Below, one piece after another: positions 45,820-57,400 of a DNA stretch of 64,000 nucleotides. The translations under genes were made by a program, and so were the position numbers. Where the stretch lies: positions 14,729 through 78,728 of the IMG/VR virus record IMGVR_UViG_3300042503_000110; one strand, written 5' to 3'. Origin of the DNA: a virus. The stretch's first letter is position 1. Each line of letters begins with the position of its first letter. The notes under the pieces are model-generated. The model ran no database searches, was not told where the DNA came from, and saw only the letters and a list, made by a program, of their open reading frames with translations.

Positions 45820-48800
45820 ATGATCTGTCCTAATTTTAGTAATCCTCAGATAAGCAAACAATTTTATGATTTAGCTGGAGTAGTAGGTGAAGACTTTGCT
45901 TACTTTTTATGGGATAAAAATGATGGGTTGCCTTTAACTTTAAAAGTTAATCCTAATAATCCTGCTGAGGTTATTCCTAATCCTTTATATGAATCTTTGG
46001 ATGAAAAGTTTGGCGGAGATTTTGTAAAAGCTACTTTGGGAACTGCATTAACATACGGTTCAACATTTAAAAAAGCTAATCCAAAGTTTAACTCATTTAC
46101 ACCCCAACAACAAGCTGATGCTATTAGTGGTTATGTAAACAATCTAGATATTAGTTTAGAGGATGCAACTCAAAACTATATTAAGAAAGCAAACACAATT
46201 AATAGAACATTCAAACGTGCCTACAAAAACCAAGAACAAGTAGTTGCTAGAGAAGATTTGCGTAAAGACCCTAACTCTGTAGTTAATCAAGTAGAAGATT
46301 TAACCGCAGAAGACCGCACAGCAGCTTACGAGTTCTTCAAGACAAACAATCTTTTAAATAAGATTAGTTTTAAGAACGCCCAAGGAGTAGTAAACTCTGG
46401 AGCTTACGCACAGTGGACTAAGAAAGGAGTAACCTTATATAAAGGTTCCGACTACACAGACCTTTATCACGAAGCTTGGCACGAGTTTACCCAGTGGTTT
46501 TTAACTCCACAAGAGAAAGCAATTCTTTATGGTGCAGTAAGAGCAAGAGAAGGCTCAGTTACTCTAGGAGATATATCGGTTCCTTACTATGCGCTAAGTC
46601 AACGTCAAGCTGAAGAAGTATTGGCGGAAGAGTTTAGAGCATTTTCTATCAAGAAAGCCCGTAACGAGAAGGCAGAAAATCTTGAGCCAAAAGTAAAAGG
46701 TTTCTTTGAGAGACTATATGACTGGTTGCAATGGTTGTTCTATGGTGCACCTAAGACAAACACTCCTGTAGAAACCTTTAATCTACAGAACGTAAATTCT
46801 TTGTTTGAAGCTTTCTACAATGGGGACATCTCTACTACTAGAAAAGCGGCTGACAACATTATAGAAGATTCTTTAAATAGAAGTACTGCATTTAGTGTAC
46901 CCATTGTTACTGATGAGGGAGTTAAGCAGCGTGACATTGACCCTGCTACTGGTGCAGAGATTATCAGTTACGTAAGTTACAGTATCTACAAGCAGATGCG
47001 CGACCAAAAAATCGGCATGAGTTCTTTGTTGAATCCTGAAACTAGAGCAAAAATTATCCCTGAATTATACATAGCAGTAAGAGCAGAGATTAACGACATC
47101 ATTGATAAGTTAGAAGTTGACTATGAGAAAGCTATAGCTGCTGGTAAAGAAGCTACTGCTAGTATGATAGATGAGCAGATGGTCAACCTAATTGATTTGG
47201 TAAACGAAGACGAAGCGTGGCAGCGTGTAGTCGACATGCACCAAATTAGTTCCCAAGCACAAATCTTCCTTGTTGAAGAGATTGACGATACTAAGGACGA
47301 AAAACAAGACCAACAGGCAGACAACGAGCCTATTGAAGAAAATACTCGTAACACAGTAGAATACGGAGATAAATCAAACGTAAATCCTCTAGACCTTTAC
47401 GATCCTTATGTGGTTGAGTTGATTAAAGGGATGCCTGATATTATCCGTTCAGGCGACAGAGAGATTCCAAGTACAGGACGTAACTTAGGTTTACCTTTAA
47501 ATGGAGACTTCCAACGCAACAAGAACTTACTTCAGAACTTGTTATCAGGTGTAACTAACTATCAGCAAGCAATTGACACTCTAGTTCTAGCTAGTGAACA
47601 ACACCCACAACTTAAGTATCTTATCCAGCTTTTACCTGACCCTAATGCAGAAACTCTTTCTTTAGAAGAAACTTCTTTACAGGCACAGTTCGTACAAGCC
47701 TTGTCCATGCCTCGCATAGACCCTTATTCTATTAAGGCACGAGAGACTACTGAGTTAACAAATGACGGAGAAGTTAAAAACATAACCTTTAATACTTTCT
47801 ACATAAGCACTCTTACCCAAGATGCTTTGTTAGAGTACTTGGATGATGAGTTTCAGAAATCAGCAGTTAGTGATTTTAAATCAGAGGCTGACCAAGCTAC
47901 TAGTAGACAAAGACAATTTGTAAACAAATCAATTAGTGGATTAGAGTTTGCTACATTCTCTACCGCTTCTTTACTTGATGAATACAAAATTACTCCTGAG
48001 AGTTCAGACAGTCTTCTTTTTGAGTTTATGGATTCTGCTTTTGGTGTGGACTTATACCAGGGCATTGATCCGCAATACTTATTTGATGCTAAAGGAAACA
48101 TAAAACTAAGCAATAGTCGTTACACCAAAGCAGAAAGAAACGCGCTTAACAAAGTTTCTATTGCTACTTATAACAAGGTAAAACTATACCACCTTATAAA
48201 CAACCTTCCTAAAGGAATAGGTAAGTCAATGAAAGACTTAATTCCTGCTAGGATTGAGACTCCTGCAAAAACTTTTATTGAAGACGTAAAAGCATCTCTA
48301 GTAAAAGAAATAGAAGGATTAAATAAAGTAATTGAAAAGACTACCAAAGAAGAACACAAACAAGCACTGCAAGAAATCTTAGATCTTTATAACTCATTAA
48401 TTAAAGGTAATAATAATCTAAGAAACGAAAGACAGATTCTTTTCCGTTCTATCGAAAACCACTACAACAAGGTAGTTAAGTCAGCTTCTTATTTAAATGA
48501 TGAGAACAACTTAGAGTGGTCTATTCGTGAGTGGCAGCATGTAGTAACACAAGCCGCAGGTTTAAACCAAGCTACTAGTTTAGCGGACCTTACTGGGCAT
48601 TTGTCTACTAGTGATTTTGTCGCTAACTCTAGATTAATTAACAGAGCATTTGACACAGAGACAGGTAGTCGCATCTCTAACAGGGATGGAGACAATGTAC
48701 TATTTGAATTAGTTAATATCTCTGGATACTCAACTAAACCAGAAGGAAAGAAAACAATTAACCTTGACCCTGATGATAAGTTGATTCAGGATCTAACAGC

Positions 48801-51800
48801 TTTTATCAAAGACGGTATTGTAGAGAACCTACGTTACGGTGCTAAATCAACAAGTCTTGGTCTTAGAACAAATGGTTCAAGAGCAGACAGATTGTTTTTT
48901 GATCGTAGTAAGTTCGCCTATAACGAAGAGACTGGTAGAATAATACTAGACCCTCAGGTAATTACTACATTTAAAAACTACTTACGTTATGAACTAAGTA
49001 GGATGTATGATGACAGAGCTGAATCTACTGCTAAAGAAAAACGTGGGTTTGACTTAATCATTCTTAAAGACATCTTAGGAGATAGAGTAGAGAGTTTAAA
49101 GGCAATGATTAAAAACTCTACTGAAGGCAAAGAAGCTACAGTAGAGAGTGTGCTTAAGACAATTAGTGGGGCTGAGATGAATGTGCGCATAACTGATTAC
49201 TTTAATAATGAAATAAACGCCTTCAAACAAGACTTAGCAGAAGCCCTTAACCAAGGTAATGTAGAAGCCAAAGGTAAAAAAGGAAAGTCTCTCGCTGAAG
49301 TATTTAAAGAAATATACAAACAAGAACAACCATTAGAAGTTGTCCTTGCTGATTATGTTACACACTACTATACACAACAGATAGAGTTTCTTCATTTATT
49401 TGTAGGAGACCCTTCTAACTTCCAAATTAAAGGAGGTAATTGGCGTGAATTGTTTAAGCGTCTAGGTGCTTCTATCTCTCCAGGTAAGCAGCCTATTATT
49501 TCTCAACAGCTTTTACGTTCTTGGAACAACTCAACTAACGGAGTGTTAGGTAGAGGATTAGAGAAACTTTATAAGCAACCTAAGAAACAAGAACCAAGAG
49601 AATATGATGGAACTTTTAATTACGTTCAGTTTAAGGACGTTCCTTCATTCACACAAGACCAACACGATATTTATCGCGAGGATCTTGTAAATAACTACGC
49701 TGAGTGGTTACGCTCTACTGATACAAAGAAACTTCCTATCGAGGCTTACCGAGCTAAAGCAGAGGAGTTGTTCCAAAAAACTATTGATGGAGCAGAGGGA
49801 CAATCAAAAGAAGCGGATGGTCAAGCTTATGCTAATCTAGACTTTGTACGATTCTACCTAAACAGTATCGGTGAGTGGTTTCCTAAGCAGGAGAAAGCAT
49901 ACCAACACGAATTAAAGGTAGCAGCTAAGATACAAGAGTATAGAAAAAACCCAACTCAAGAACTACGTAGTGAGGTTGAGGATTTAATAGCTAATGCTAA
50001 TGTGGGCATACTAGTTTCTTTGAAATTAGGTTACTGGGGTTCTCCCACTAACGATCCTAAATACATTACTTTAGGTAAGTATTCAGTTGCTCCTCTTATT
50101 CCTTCAGCTTTGTTTGACAAAGACTTAGAGTCTTTGATGTCAGATATGTTGGAGAAAGGTGTGGACTTTGCTACGTTTGACTCAGGTAATAAGATGTCGC
50201 TTCCTGTAGAAAGTATTGATTTCTACACTCAAGAAGGACAAGGGGCAGAGGAACGTCAAGTAATTAACAAGATTCCAGAAGCAAACATAGTTAACTTCCC
50301 GATGCAGGGACTTAGAAGACAGCAGTACATTGCTCCTAAGTTCAAGAATGAAGCTACGCTTTCTACTCAGTTAGTTAAGTTAATCTTTTCTAACTTCTAT
50401 GTAGACGGTAAGTTCTCTTCTCAGTATGCAGTTGTGCCTGGCTTAGAAGATAAAATAAACAATCTACAAGCAGCCTTTATCAATAACCTACAAGTAATTG
50501 TAGAAACTGAAAAAGCAAAGATCTACTCAGCTATTGGAGCCACTCTTGAAGGTGACGCAGTTACGTCTATTGATGTACAGAAGTTTGCAGACTGGGTACA
50601 TAAAGAGTTCGACAAGAAAGATGTGCCACAATCTGTATACAACTATTTACAAGTAGAGAACAATAGATTTAAATTCTCATTAGACGTTGCTCCTCAGCGT
50701 GCATTGTTTGAGAGCATACTATCTTCAGCTTTAAGTAAGAGAGTAATCAGACCAAAGATGTTTGGTGAGGCGCTTATCCAGGTTTCTTCTTTAGGATATA
50801 ACAACCTTAATACTCGCTACACTAAACCTAGTAAGTCACAAGTTGCTAAATACGGTAACAGTGGACTAAGAGACTACGGTAGGATTGTAAATGGCAAACA
50901 TCAACCTGCCGAAGTCAAGGTAGGGTTCAACCCTAAAAAGCACGCACCTTTACTTAAACTTCAGTATAAAGGTGAGGAAATTTTAACTGTAAACAGATTA
51001 AATCAAGCCTTGTTAGATGATGAGTGGGTACAGCAGAACTCTGACAGACTTACTATTGTAGGTGTTCGTATTCCTGTACAGGGTCTTAACTCTATGGAAC
51101 ACTTCCGCGTGAAGGAGTTTCTTCCAGAGGTAGTAGGTCCTGTCATGATTGTTCCGCCATCACTTGTAACTAAATCAGGATCTGACTTTGACATAGATAA
51201 ATTATTTATGTTCGAGCCACAGTTGGATGACGATGCTAATCTTATTAGAAGAAAGTCTACTTTTATTGATAATCCTAAAGCGGTTTACGATTTTGTTAAG
51301 TTAAAGAAACAGACTATCAGTGAATTGTCTGAATTAAATAGCCTCTTAGAAAACAAAAGACAGCAGTTTATTTTAACTAATACAGCAGAGTCTTCAGAGT
51401 CTAAAACTTATGAGGGTCTTATTGCAAGTAACGGGGCGATTATCCGTCCTCTAAAGAATAGCAAGAAAGAACTTAACGAACAAAAAGAAGGTGAGTTATT
51501 TGAAAAGATTGCTCTCCAGGCTACCTCACTAGAAACTTTCTTGGAGACACAAAAAGGTGATCCTGAGATTACTGCGTTACTTAAAAAGATTAAGAGTGCT
51601 AAAAATCTCCTACTTCAGCTTAAAGATTACTCTCCTGCAAGTATCAAAGCAGGTGCTTCAAATGATTTAATTAGTAACATAAGTGAAGTTCTTTCTGAGC
51701 CAGCAGTAATGCCCGCGTTCTTGACTCCTAACGATTCTCCTATTCTAAGAGGATTAGCAGAAGAGTACAGAGATAAGTACCGATCTAAAGAAGATAAGAT

Positions 51801-54378
51801 TACATCTACTTCTATTTTCTCGCCTAGAACTTCTATTAAGATATTCAGAGAGAACGCTACTGGTAAGAAAGCCCTTGGTATTGATGCAAAGACAAATGCC
51901 TTGCATAAGCTGTTCCAACAGGTAGGATTGAAGTATACCGCATCTTTATCTAATCTTTATTTCTTAAAGTCCAATAAAGATAACGAGGGTAACATTATCC
52001 TAGGAGGTCTTTACGATGCAAACGGTGAGCACTTAATCTCAGATATTATTAACGAGTTTATTAACGGACACGTAGACATCGAGAAAGAAGAGTGGATTAA
52101 CTACTTTAACGCAGACAAGAATAGAACCAGCGTAATCCTACAAATGGTTCTTAGTGGAACTCCTATTAGGGATGCAGTGTTAATTGCTAACCAACCTATT
52201 GTTCAGCACTTCTTAAAGAACAGTAAGATAAGTCAGACTTCCGAACTTCTTTCAGCTAAAAGAGCAAACGTTATGTCTTACTTAGAAGCTGGACTTCGTA
52301 AGTTAAACTTAAATAAGTTTATTGTAAGAAATGAATTAGGGATTCCTCAAATCGGTCCTACTATTGCTAACATGTTGCAGGATGATTTATTTGCCAAACA
52401 TCTAAACAATCTATCTGAAGCAAACTATAGACCATCAGTTGAAAACAGTCGAGCAGCATACAACGATATGCTGGACAGTAACTCGTCTGACATTGCTGCG
52501 CAGTTAGTGTTCTTGAGCCAATACTATGTAGCTTCCGAGATGAATCAAAACTTACTTGACCTAACAAGTATTGTTGACTTTAACACAGCAAGTTATAGAA
52601 ACATCAACGACTTCTATCAGTTAGATAACTTGAAAGAGGTAGCTGAGAACTTTAACCAGGAAGCTGTAGATAAGATTTTAAACAATAGTGTACTATCTCC
52701 GTTCAATATAAGTAACCAAGCAATTTCTATAAGTGAGCAAATCTTTGATGTAATGGCTAGTAGAGAGTATCAGGCCATACTCAATAACTTTATAGAAGAC
52801 AATGGTAAATTCTGGACAGGAGATCAGCGTGTTTCTGAAGTAAACAACTTAAACAATGCTGTGGTACATGCTCTTATTCAGAAATACTCTGAACTCGACG
52901 GCCAAGATTTCTACAGTAAGTACGGACCTAAGTCTACATTCTTGACTAAAGGCGCTACTGGAAACTTATTTAGTGAGTACATTGCTTTGTTTACTAAAGG
53001 TTCTCAGATTGCAGATGCAAATCTTAAGAACTTTATGCGTAAAAATTTATTCTTAAGGAACTTCCGTAAGAAAGACGTAGAAGGAACTAAGAAATTTTAC
53101 ATAGCTACTCTTACTAACGAGAAGGATGTAGTCTATACCAATGCGATGCAACAGGCTTTCTCTGACGGATTGAACTATGATAAGTCAACTCCAGAGATAA
53201 ACGCTAGGGTTCGTAAGTTCTTTGATGATGTGGCCAATGCTACAATCGTAGGACAAGGTTTCTCTATTAAGTTTAGAAGTATACACCCTTATCTTCCCGT
53301 TGAAGCATTAGAGAGTGCCGCTCGTGCCTCTTTTGAGTTACGTAGGGTAAAAGATCTATTGTTCAGTAAAGAAGCAAAGGCACAGAGAAAAGAAGGCAAC
53401 GAAGAATTGAGAGAGTCTATGATTAAACTTCTTGAGTTTATTCAATCGGTTCAGAAGATTTATGCTCGTAATGCTTACTCGCCACGTAAGAAGTCACTTA
53501 ATACCTGGAAGTTTTTTCCTGACTACGTTAACTTAGCAGTAGATAAAGGTATTCGTATCTCTTCTAGTTTGAAGAATGGTCTAGGACTAGCTCTTTCTTT
53601 AGCTTCAGAAAAACATCCTGTTACCTTTAGAGGTAAAGAATTTAAAACAGCAGAAGAAGTATTTAAATCTTTTGCTGGTGTTTTTACAATTGCTGAGGAT
53701 AATAATGCCCAACTAGGACAAGTAACACTTCTTAGACAAATTCTTGGAGAACGTTTCAAGCAAAATTTATCTTTGTTTGCTGAGGTTTATAAGAAAGGCG
53801 GCTCAGAGTTTCTGCGTAAATCTACTTATTTCCAAGGAGCAGAGTTTTTAAGAAGCACACCTACTTCAATGGGTGGATACATAGAAGCTATCTCTAACGC
53901 ATATGACGATGTGTACGATGAGATGTTTGCTGCTATGTTAGAGGCTGAGGAGCAAGGACAAACTTTAACAACTGAAGAAACTAGTGCAGATGAGACTACT
54001 ACCTTAAAGGAAGATAGAAGCCCATTCTCTGAAGGAGACGGTGTTGACTTTGATAACTTAGGAGAGTTTACAGCTAAAGGAGTTAACCTTAACTCAACTA
54101 AACCTAAAGCTAAGTCAACTGGTCCTAAGCCTCCTAAATCTATAGAAGGTGAAGAAGTTTCTCCTACCCCTCCTAATTTAAACACAGAGGAAGTTCCTGC
54201 AGTAGAAATTCCCGTAGGACAACAAAGAGTTCTTATAACCTATCCCGAAGTAACAACTGAAAATTTACAGAGACTATATCCAGAATTAAGTGAAAAACAA
54301 ATTAACGTAGTTGCGAATAACTTAAGGCAGGTATTTAAAGGGAAATTTCCTGATGTAGATTTTGAATCTAAATGCTAA
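45820..54378 (+). CDS. Virion DNA-dependent RNA polymerase (single-chain, double-psi barrel) with N-terminal zincin domain
   Basis: RIPVQG...GSDFDIDKLF (DFDID 51184-51198) as in phi14:2 gp66; ADGQAY; HEAWH (46468-46482)...EEVLAEEF. Confidence 0.9.
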   Translation: MICPNFSNPQISKQFYDLAGVVGEDFAYFLWDKNDGLPLTLKVNPNNPAEVIPNPLYESLDEKFGGDFVKATLGTALTYGSTFKKANPKFNSFTPQQQADAISGYVNNLDISLEDATQNYIKKANTINRTFKRAYKNQEQVVAREDLRKDPNSVVNQVEDLTAEDRTAAYEFFKTNNLLNKISFKNAQGVVNSGAYAQWTKKGVTLYKGSDYTDLYHEAWHEFTQWFLTPQEKAILYGAVRAREGSVTLGDISVPYYALSQRQAEEVLAEEFRAFSIKKARNEKAENLEPKVKGFFERLYDWLQWLFYGAPKTNTPVETFNLQNVNSLFEAFYNGDISTTRKAADNIIEDSLNRSTAFSVPIVTDEGVKQRDIDPATGAEIISYVSYSIYKQMRDQKIGMSSLLNPETRAKIIPELYIAVRAEINDIIDKLEVDYEKAIAAGKEATASMIDEQMVNLIDLVNEDEAWQRVVDMHQISSQAQIFLVEEIDDTKDEKQDQQADNEPIEENTRNTVEYGDKSNVNPLDLYDPYVVELIKGMPDIIRSGDREIPSTGRNLGLPLNGDFQRNKNLLQNLLSGVTNYQQAIDTLVLASEQHPQLKYLIQLLPDPNAETLSLEETSLQAQFVQALSMPRIDPYSIKARETTELTNDGEVKNITFNTFYISTLTQDALLEYLDDEFQKSAVSDFKSEADQATSRQRQFVNKSISGLEFATFSTASLLDEYKITPESSDSLLFEFMDSAFGVDLYQGIDPQYLFDAKGNIKLSNSRYTKAERNALNKVSIATYNKVKLYHLINNLPKGIGKSMKDLIPARIETPAKTFIEDVKASLVKEIEGLNKVIEKTTKEEHKQALQEILDLYNSLIKGNNNLRNERQILFRSIENHYNKVVKSASYLNDENNLEWSIREWQHVVTQAAGLNQATSLADLTGHLSTSDFVANSRLINRAFDTETGSRISNRDGDNVLFELVNISGYSTKPEGKKTINLDPDDKLIQDLTAFIKDGIVENLRYGAKSTSLGLRTNGSRADRLFFDRSKFAYNEETGRIILDPQVITTFKNYLRYELSRMYDDRAESTAKEKRGFDLIILKDILGDRVESLKAMIKNSTEGKEATVESVLKTISGAEMNVRITDYFNNEINAFKQDLAEALNQGNVEAKGKKGKSLAEVFKEIYKQEQPLEVVLADYVTHYYTQQIEFLHLFVGDPSNFQIKGGNWRELFKRLGASISPGKQPIISQQLLRSWNNSTNGVLGRGLEKLYKQPKKQEPREYDGTFNYVQFKDVPSFTQDQHDIYREDLVNNYAEWLRSTDTKKLPIEAYRAKAEELFQKTIDGAEGQSKEADGQAYANLDFVRFYLNSIGEWFPKQEKAYQHELKVAAKIQEYRKNPTQELRSEVEDLIANANVGILVSLKLGYWGSPTNDPKYITLGKYSVAPLIPSALFDKDLESLMSDMLEKGVDFATFDSGNKMSLPVESIDFYTQEGQGAEERQVINKIPEANIVNFPMQGLRRQQYIAPKFKNEATLSTQLVKLIFSNFYVDGKFSSQYAVVPGLEDKINNLQAAFINNLQVIVETEKAKIYSAIGATLEGDAVTSIDVQKFADWVHKEFDKKDVPQSVYNYLQVENNRFKFSLDVAPQRALFESILSSALSKRVIRPKMFGEALIQVSSLGYNNLNTRYTKPSKSQVAKYGNSGLRDYGRIVNGKHQPAEVKVGFNPKKHAPLLKLQYKGEEILTVNRLNQALLDDEWVQQNSDRLTIVGVRIPVQGLNSMEHFRVKEFLPEVVGPVMIVPPSLVTKSGSDFDIDKLFMFEPQLDDDANLIRRKSTFIDNPKAVYDFVKLKKQTISELSELNSLLENKRQQFILTNTAESSESKTYEGLIASNGAIIRPLKNSKKELNEQKEGELFEKIALQATSLETFLETQKGDPEITALLKKIKSAKNLLLQLKDYSPASIKAGASNDLISNISEVLSEPAVMPAFLTPNDSPILRGLAEEYRDKYRSKEDKITSTSIFSPRTSIKIFRENATGKKALGIDAKTNALHKLFQQVGLKYTASLSNLYFLKSNKDNEGNIILGGLYDANGEHLISDIINEFINGHVDIEKEEWINYFNADKNRTSVILQMVLSGTPIRDAVLIANQPIVQHFLKNSKISQTSELLSAKRANVMSYLEAGLRKLNLNKFIVRNELGIPQIGPTIANMLQDDLFAKHLNNLSEANYRPSVENSRAAYNDMLDSNSSDIAAQLVFLSQYYVASEMNQNLLDLTSIVDFNTASYRNINDFYQLDNLKEVAENFNQEAVDKILNNSVLSPFNISNQAISISEQIFDVMASREYQAILNNFIEDNGKFWTGDQRVSEVNNLNNAVVHALIQKYSELDGQDFYSKYGPKSTFLTKGATGNLFSEYIALFTKGSQIADANLKNFMRKNLFLRNFRKKDVEGTKKFYIATLTNEKDVVYTNAMQQAFSDGLNYDKSTPEINARVRKFFDDVANATIVGQGFSIKFRSIHPYLPVEALESAARASFELRRVKDLLFSKEAKAQRKEGNEELRESMIKLLEFIQSVQKIYARNAYSPRKKSLNTWKFFPDYVNLAVDKGIRISSSLKNGLGLALSLASEKHPVTFRGKEFKTAEEVFKSFAGVFTIAEDNNAQLGQVTLLRQILGERFKQNLSLFAEVYKKGGSEFLRKSTYFQGAEFLRSTPTSMGGYIEAISNAYDDVYDEMFAAMLEAEEQGQTLTTEETSADETTTLKEDRSPFSEGDGVDFDNLGEFTAKGVNLNSTKPKAKSTGPKPPKSIEGEEVSPTPPNLNTEEVPAVEIPVGQQRVLITYPEVTTENLQRLYPELSEKQINVVANNLRQVFKGKFPDVDFESKC

Positions 54379-54387
54379 GTCTTGAAT

Positions 54388-54395
54388 TATATTTG
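54388..54395 (+). promoter_or_regulatory. -7 promoter element
   Basis: TATATTTG 15 nt before ATG 54411; no TTG at the canonical spacing. Confidence 0.55.
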
Positions 54396-54410
54396 TATAA
54401 CTAGAAAACA

Positions 54411-57400
54411 ATGCCTAAATTTTGTATAATTGATTTTAACAACCCTATGACTGGTAGAAGACACCCGTCTTTGATTGGCTATATGCTAAACAAACAGGGT
54501 GTTAGTGTAGATACTGTTACTGAATTACTTGACTCTGCTTACTCGACAATAACTTCAGATGGCACTAAACACTGGGGTTCTAACACTAGGGCGACTAGTG
54601 ATTTCTTAGAGCCACGTATCGGTGATTTTATAGACAACTTCGAGATGCAAGTTGCTCCTGCTGTTCTTGACGAGATTGAAAACGTACAAAGGTTCTATGA
54701 TTCTAAAAATCTAAACATAGGTTCAGACTTAAATTTAATTCAAGTTAAGGATATTGTTAAAGACGCACAAGATTACGGCATATCTTTAGAGGTAGAAACT
54801 ATTAATCCTGAGGATAAACCTTCAGATAGAATTTACAGAGTATTTCCTACAGAAATATCAGAGAAAAGTAATGACGCAACCAATACTTTTATCTACAGTC
54901 AGTTAGAAAACTACTACGAGCAAGTAGGTATGCCCAATGCCTTAAGTCAAGTAGGAACTTATGTAGACGTAGTGAATCCTTCAGTAGTAAATATGCTGAA
55001 GAATATCGTAAATGATCCTAGCACTTCTCAGTTTGAGAAAGACATTCTCAACTCAATGCTGGCTGTTCTTCCACAGTTTCCAGAAATCTCTGTAAACTTT
55101 ACAAAGGACTTGATGACTTCTGAGTTTAATCCTGAGAATATCGTTCCTGCCCGCTACGACTCTAAGACAAATACCATTACGTTTTATGTAGGGCCTCTTT
55201 CTGATATAGATGCTCCCCAATTTAGGCAACTATTTCTGCACGAACTTACACATGCTCTTTTCTCCTCTACGTTAAAGAATCCTCAGACCCAGGCTGAAAA
55301 AGTATTTGCTTCTGAAATAAAGAGAATCTACGACTACTATAAGAGTAAATATCCTAATGCAGCTTATGTAGGTCAATTCTACGGACTAACCAATGAGCAT
55401 GAGTTCTTGTCTGAGTTTTTTAGTAACCCAGAGTTCCGTGCTATTTTAGAACAAGAAGCGCCTCCTGTTTATGGTTCTGTGTTTCAATCCGTTTTAAATT
55501 TCTTTAAGAAAATCTTTGGCGGTTTCTTAGCAAATACCAATCGTACAGATGTTGACTATCTCAACAAACTTTCAGCCCACTTATTCAATAACATTCTTAA
55601 CACAGGTATAAACACTACTGAAGTCTACACTTCTGAAGATGCCTTTAACTACGAAGTTACAGATAAAGTTTACGATGACTTTTTAAAGAGTATGAGCTTA
55701 CCTGGTCAACAGTCACTTGACCAGTTCTATGCAGCTTTAGATAGTCTTTTAAATAATCCTAAGCTTAATTGGGACTCTATTTACAAACACGCTAATGCTA
55801 CAGGTATTCAAACCCAACGATTAAACATATCGCAGGAAGCATTAGAGAACCTTGAAGTAAACGCTATTATCAGAAGTGATCTCAAAACCTCTTTTAAAGG
55901 AGTAATGACTCACTTGACTGAGACCCACAGCTTCTTAAAAAACTTAACCACCAGTATTAAAGACTTAGAAAAAGACCAAGCCTTACCCGAGCATGAGTTA
56001 TTTTCTAGAGCATACCACGCTAAACTTATTGGACAACAGTATTTAGATTACATTGCAGACTTCAAAAGCTTAATGGATAATCCTAGTAGTACAAGTCCTA
56101 TGGGTAGAACTATTCTTAACATTGAAGCAGTTGCTCGTGAATTGACTTTAGGGTTTGATAACATTGCTGCTCCAGCAATTGCTTCTAAGTTTGCAGAATA
56201 TTTTTGGCCTCAGACTGAACAGTTAAAGAAAGAAATTACTGCTGAGATTGAAAGGCTTACAAAGATTAAAGAAACAGCAGAGCGTGCTGGCAATACTAAA
56301 AAGGCTACAGCAACTCAAAAACTATTAAACGCTGAGGTCGATAGACTTAAAAATCTAGCTACTAAAGAGAATCTAACACAAGCCCTTAAAGGTGTACTTA
56401 TTAATGGAGACTTAGGGTCTAATACTCTAGGATCTAAGTTAGGTGCATTTATAGAATCAGCCGCCTTGAGTGGTAACTTAGTTACTGGTACTTTGGCTGG
56501 ATTTGTAGATGACCTTTACTCGAAGTCAGGAGAAGAAGCATTAGTTCTTGAGAGAACTATGAAAGACCTTGCTACTAGACTGCAGAATCACTTACAAGCA
56601 CAGGGGAAGGTTGCTGTTACATCTTTAAACTTTGCTGATGTATTTGGTAAATATGTTAGAAAAGTTACAGTTAAGGAAATAAAAAACGTAGGCGGAGTGT
56701 TAGAATTATCTGACCGTCAAACTTATGTGTTCCAGACTGAGATGGATGAGGTTGGATACTTGAATCGACATGCAGAACTTAAGTACGAAATTACTAAACT
56801 AGATAACAAGCCTAACAAAGACGAGGCAGACATGCTAGAATTAGAACGTCGCATAGATGAGCTAGCTGCATTTGAGGACGAGCATTTAGAAAGTTTATAT
56901 ACTGATGAGTATCATCGTATACAAGGACTTCTTTCTGAACCTGCCCGTAAGGCACGTCAGAATATTATTGATGAGATGCGTAAGATACAAATTAACGCAA
57001 CTCAAGGAGACCAGACAGACGAAGATCTAGATCGCCTAGAGGACTTAAAGATTCAGTTAGATGAATTAGAAAATCCTTTTGGTAAGACTCCTGAGCAACA
57101 AGAGATTGCTTACAACATACAGGAGTGGAAACAGGCTAGGCAAAATGCTGAGTTGTACACTTACAGAATAACAGATGAGAGTCGTGCTATCTTCAATGAC
57201 TTCTTTGACAGTAAGAAAGCAAAGGTTACTGAATACAAATTAGCATTAGCTAACTTACTAGGTATACCTGACCCGCAGACATTCCCTGACCTAGACACAG
57301 AAATATCTCAGAGACTACAAACTACCAGTTCAGATAGAATTGAACTTGCTAAAGCGCAATTAAAAGTAGCTGAGAATGATTTACAGAAATTTAAAAGAAA

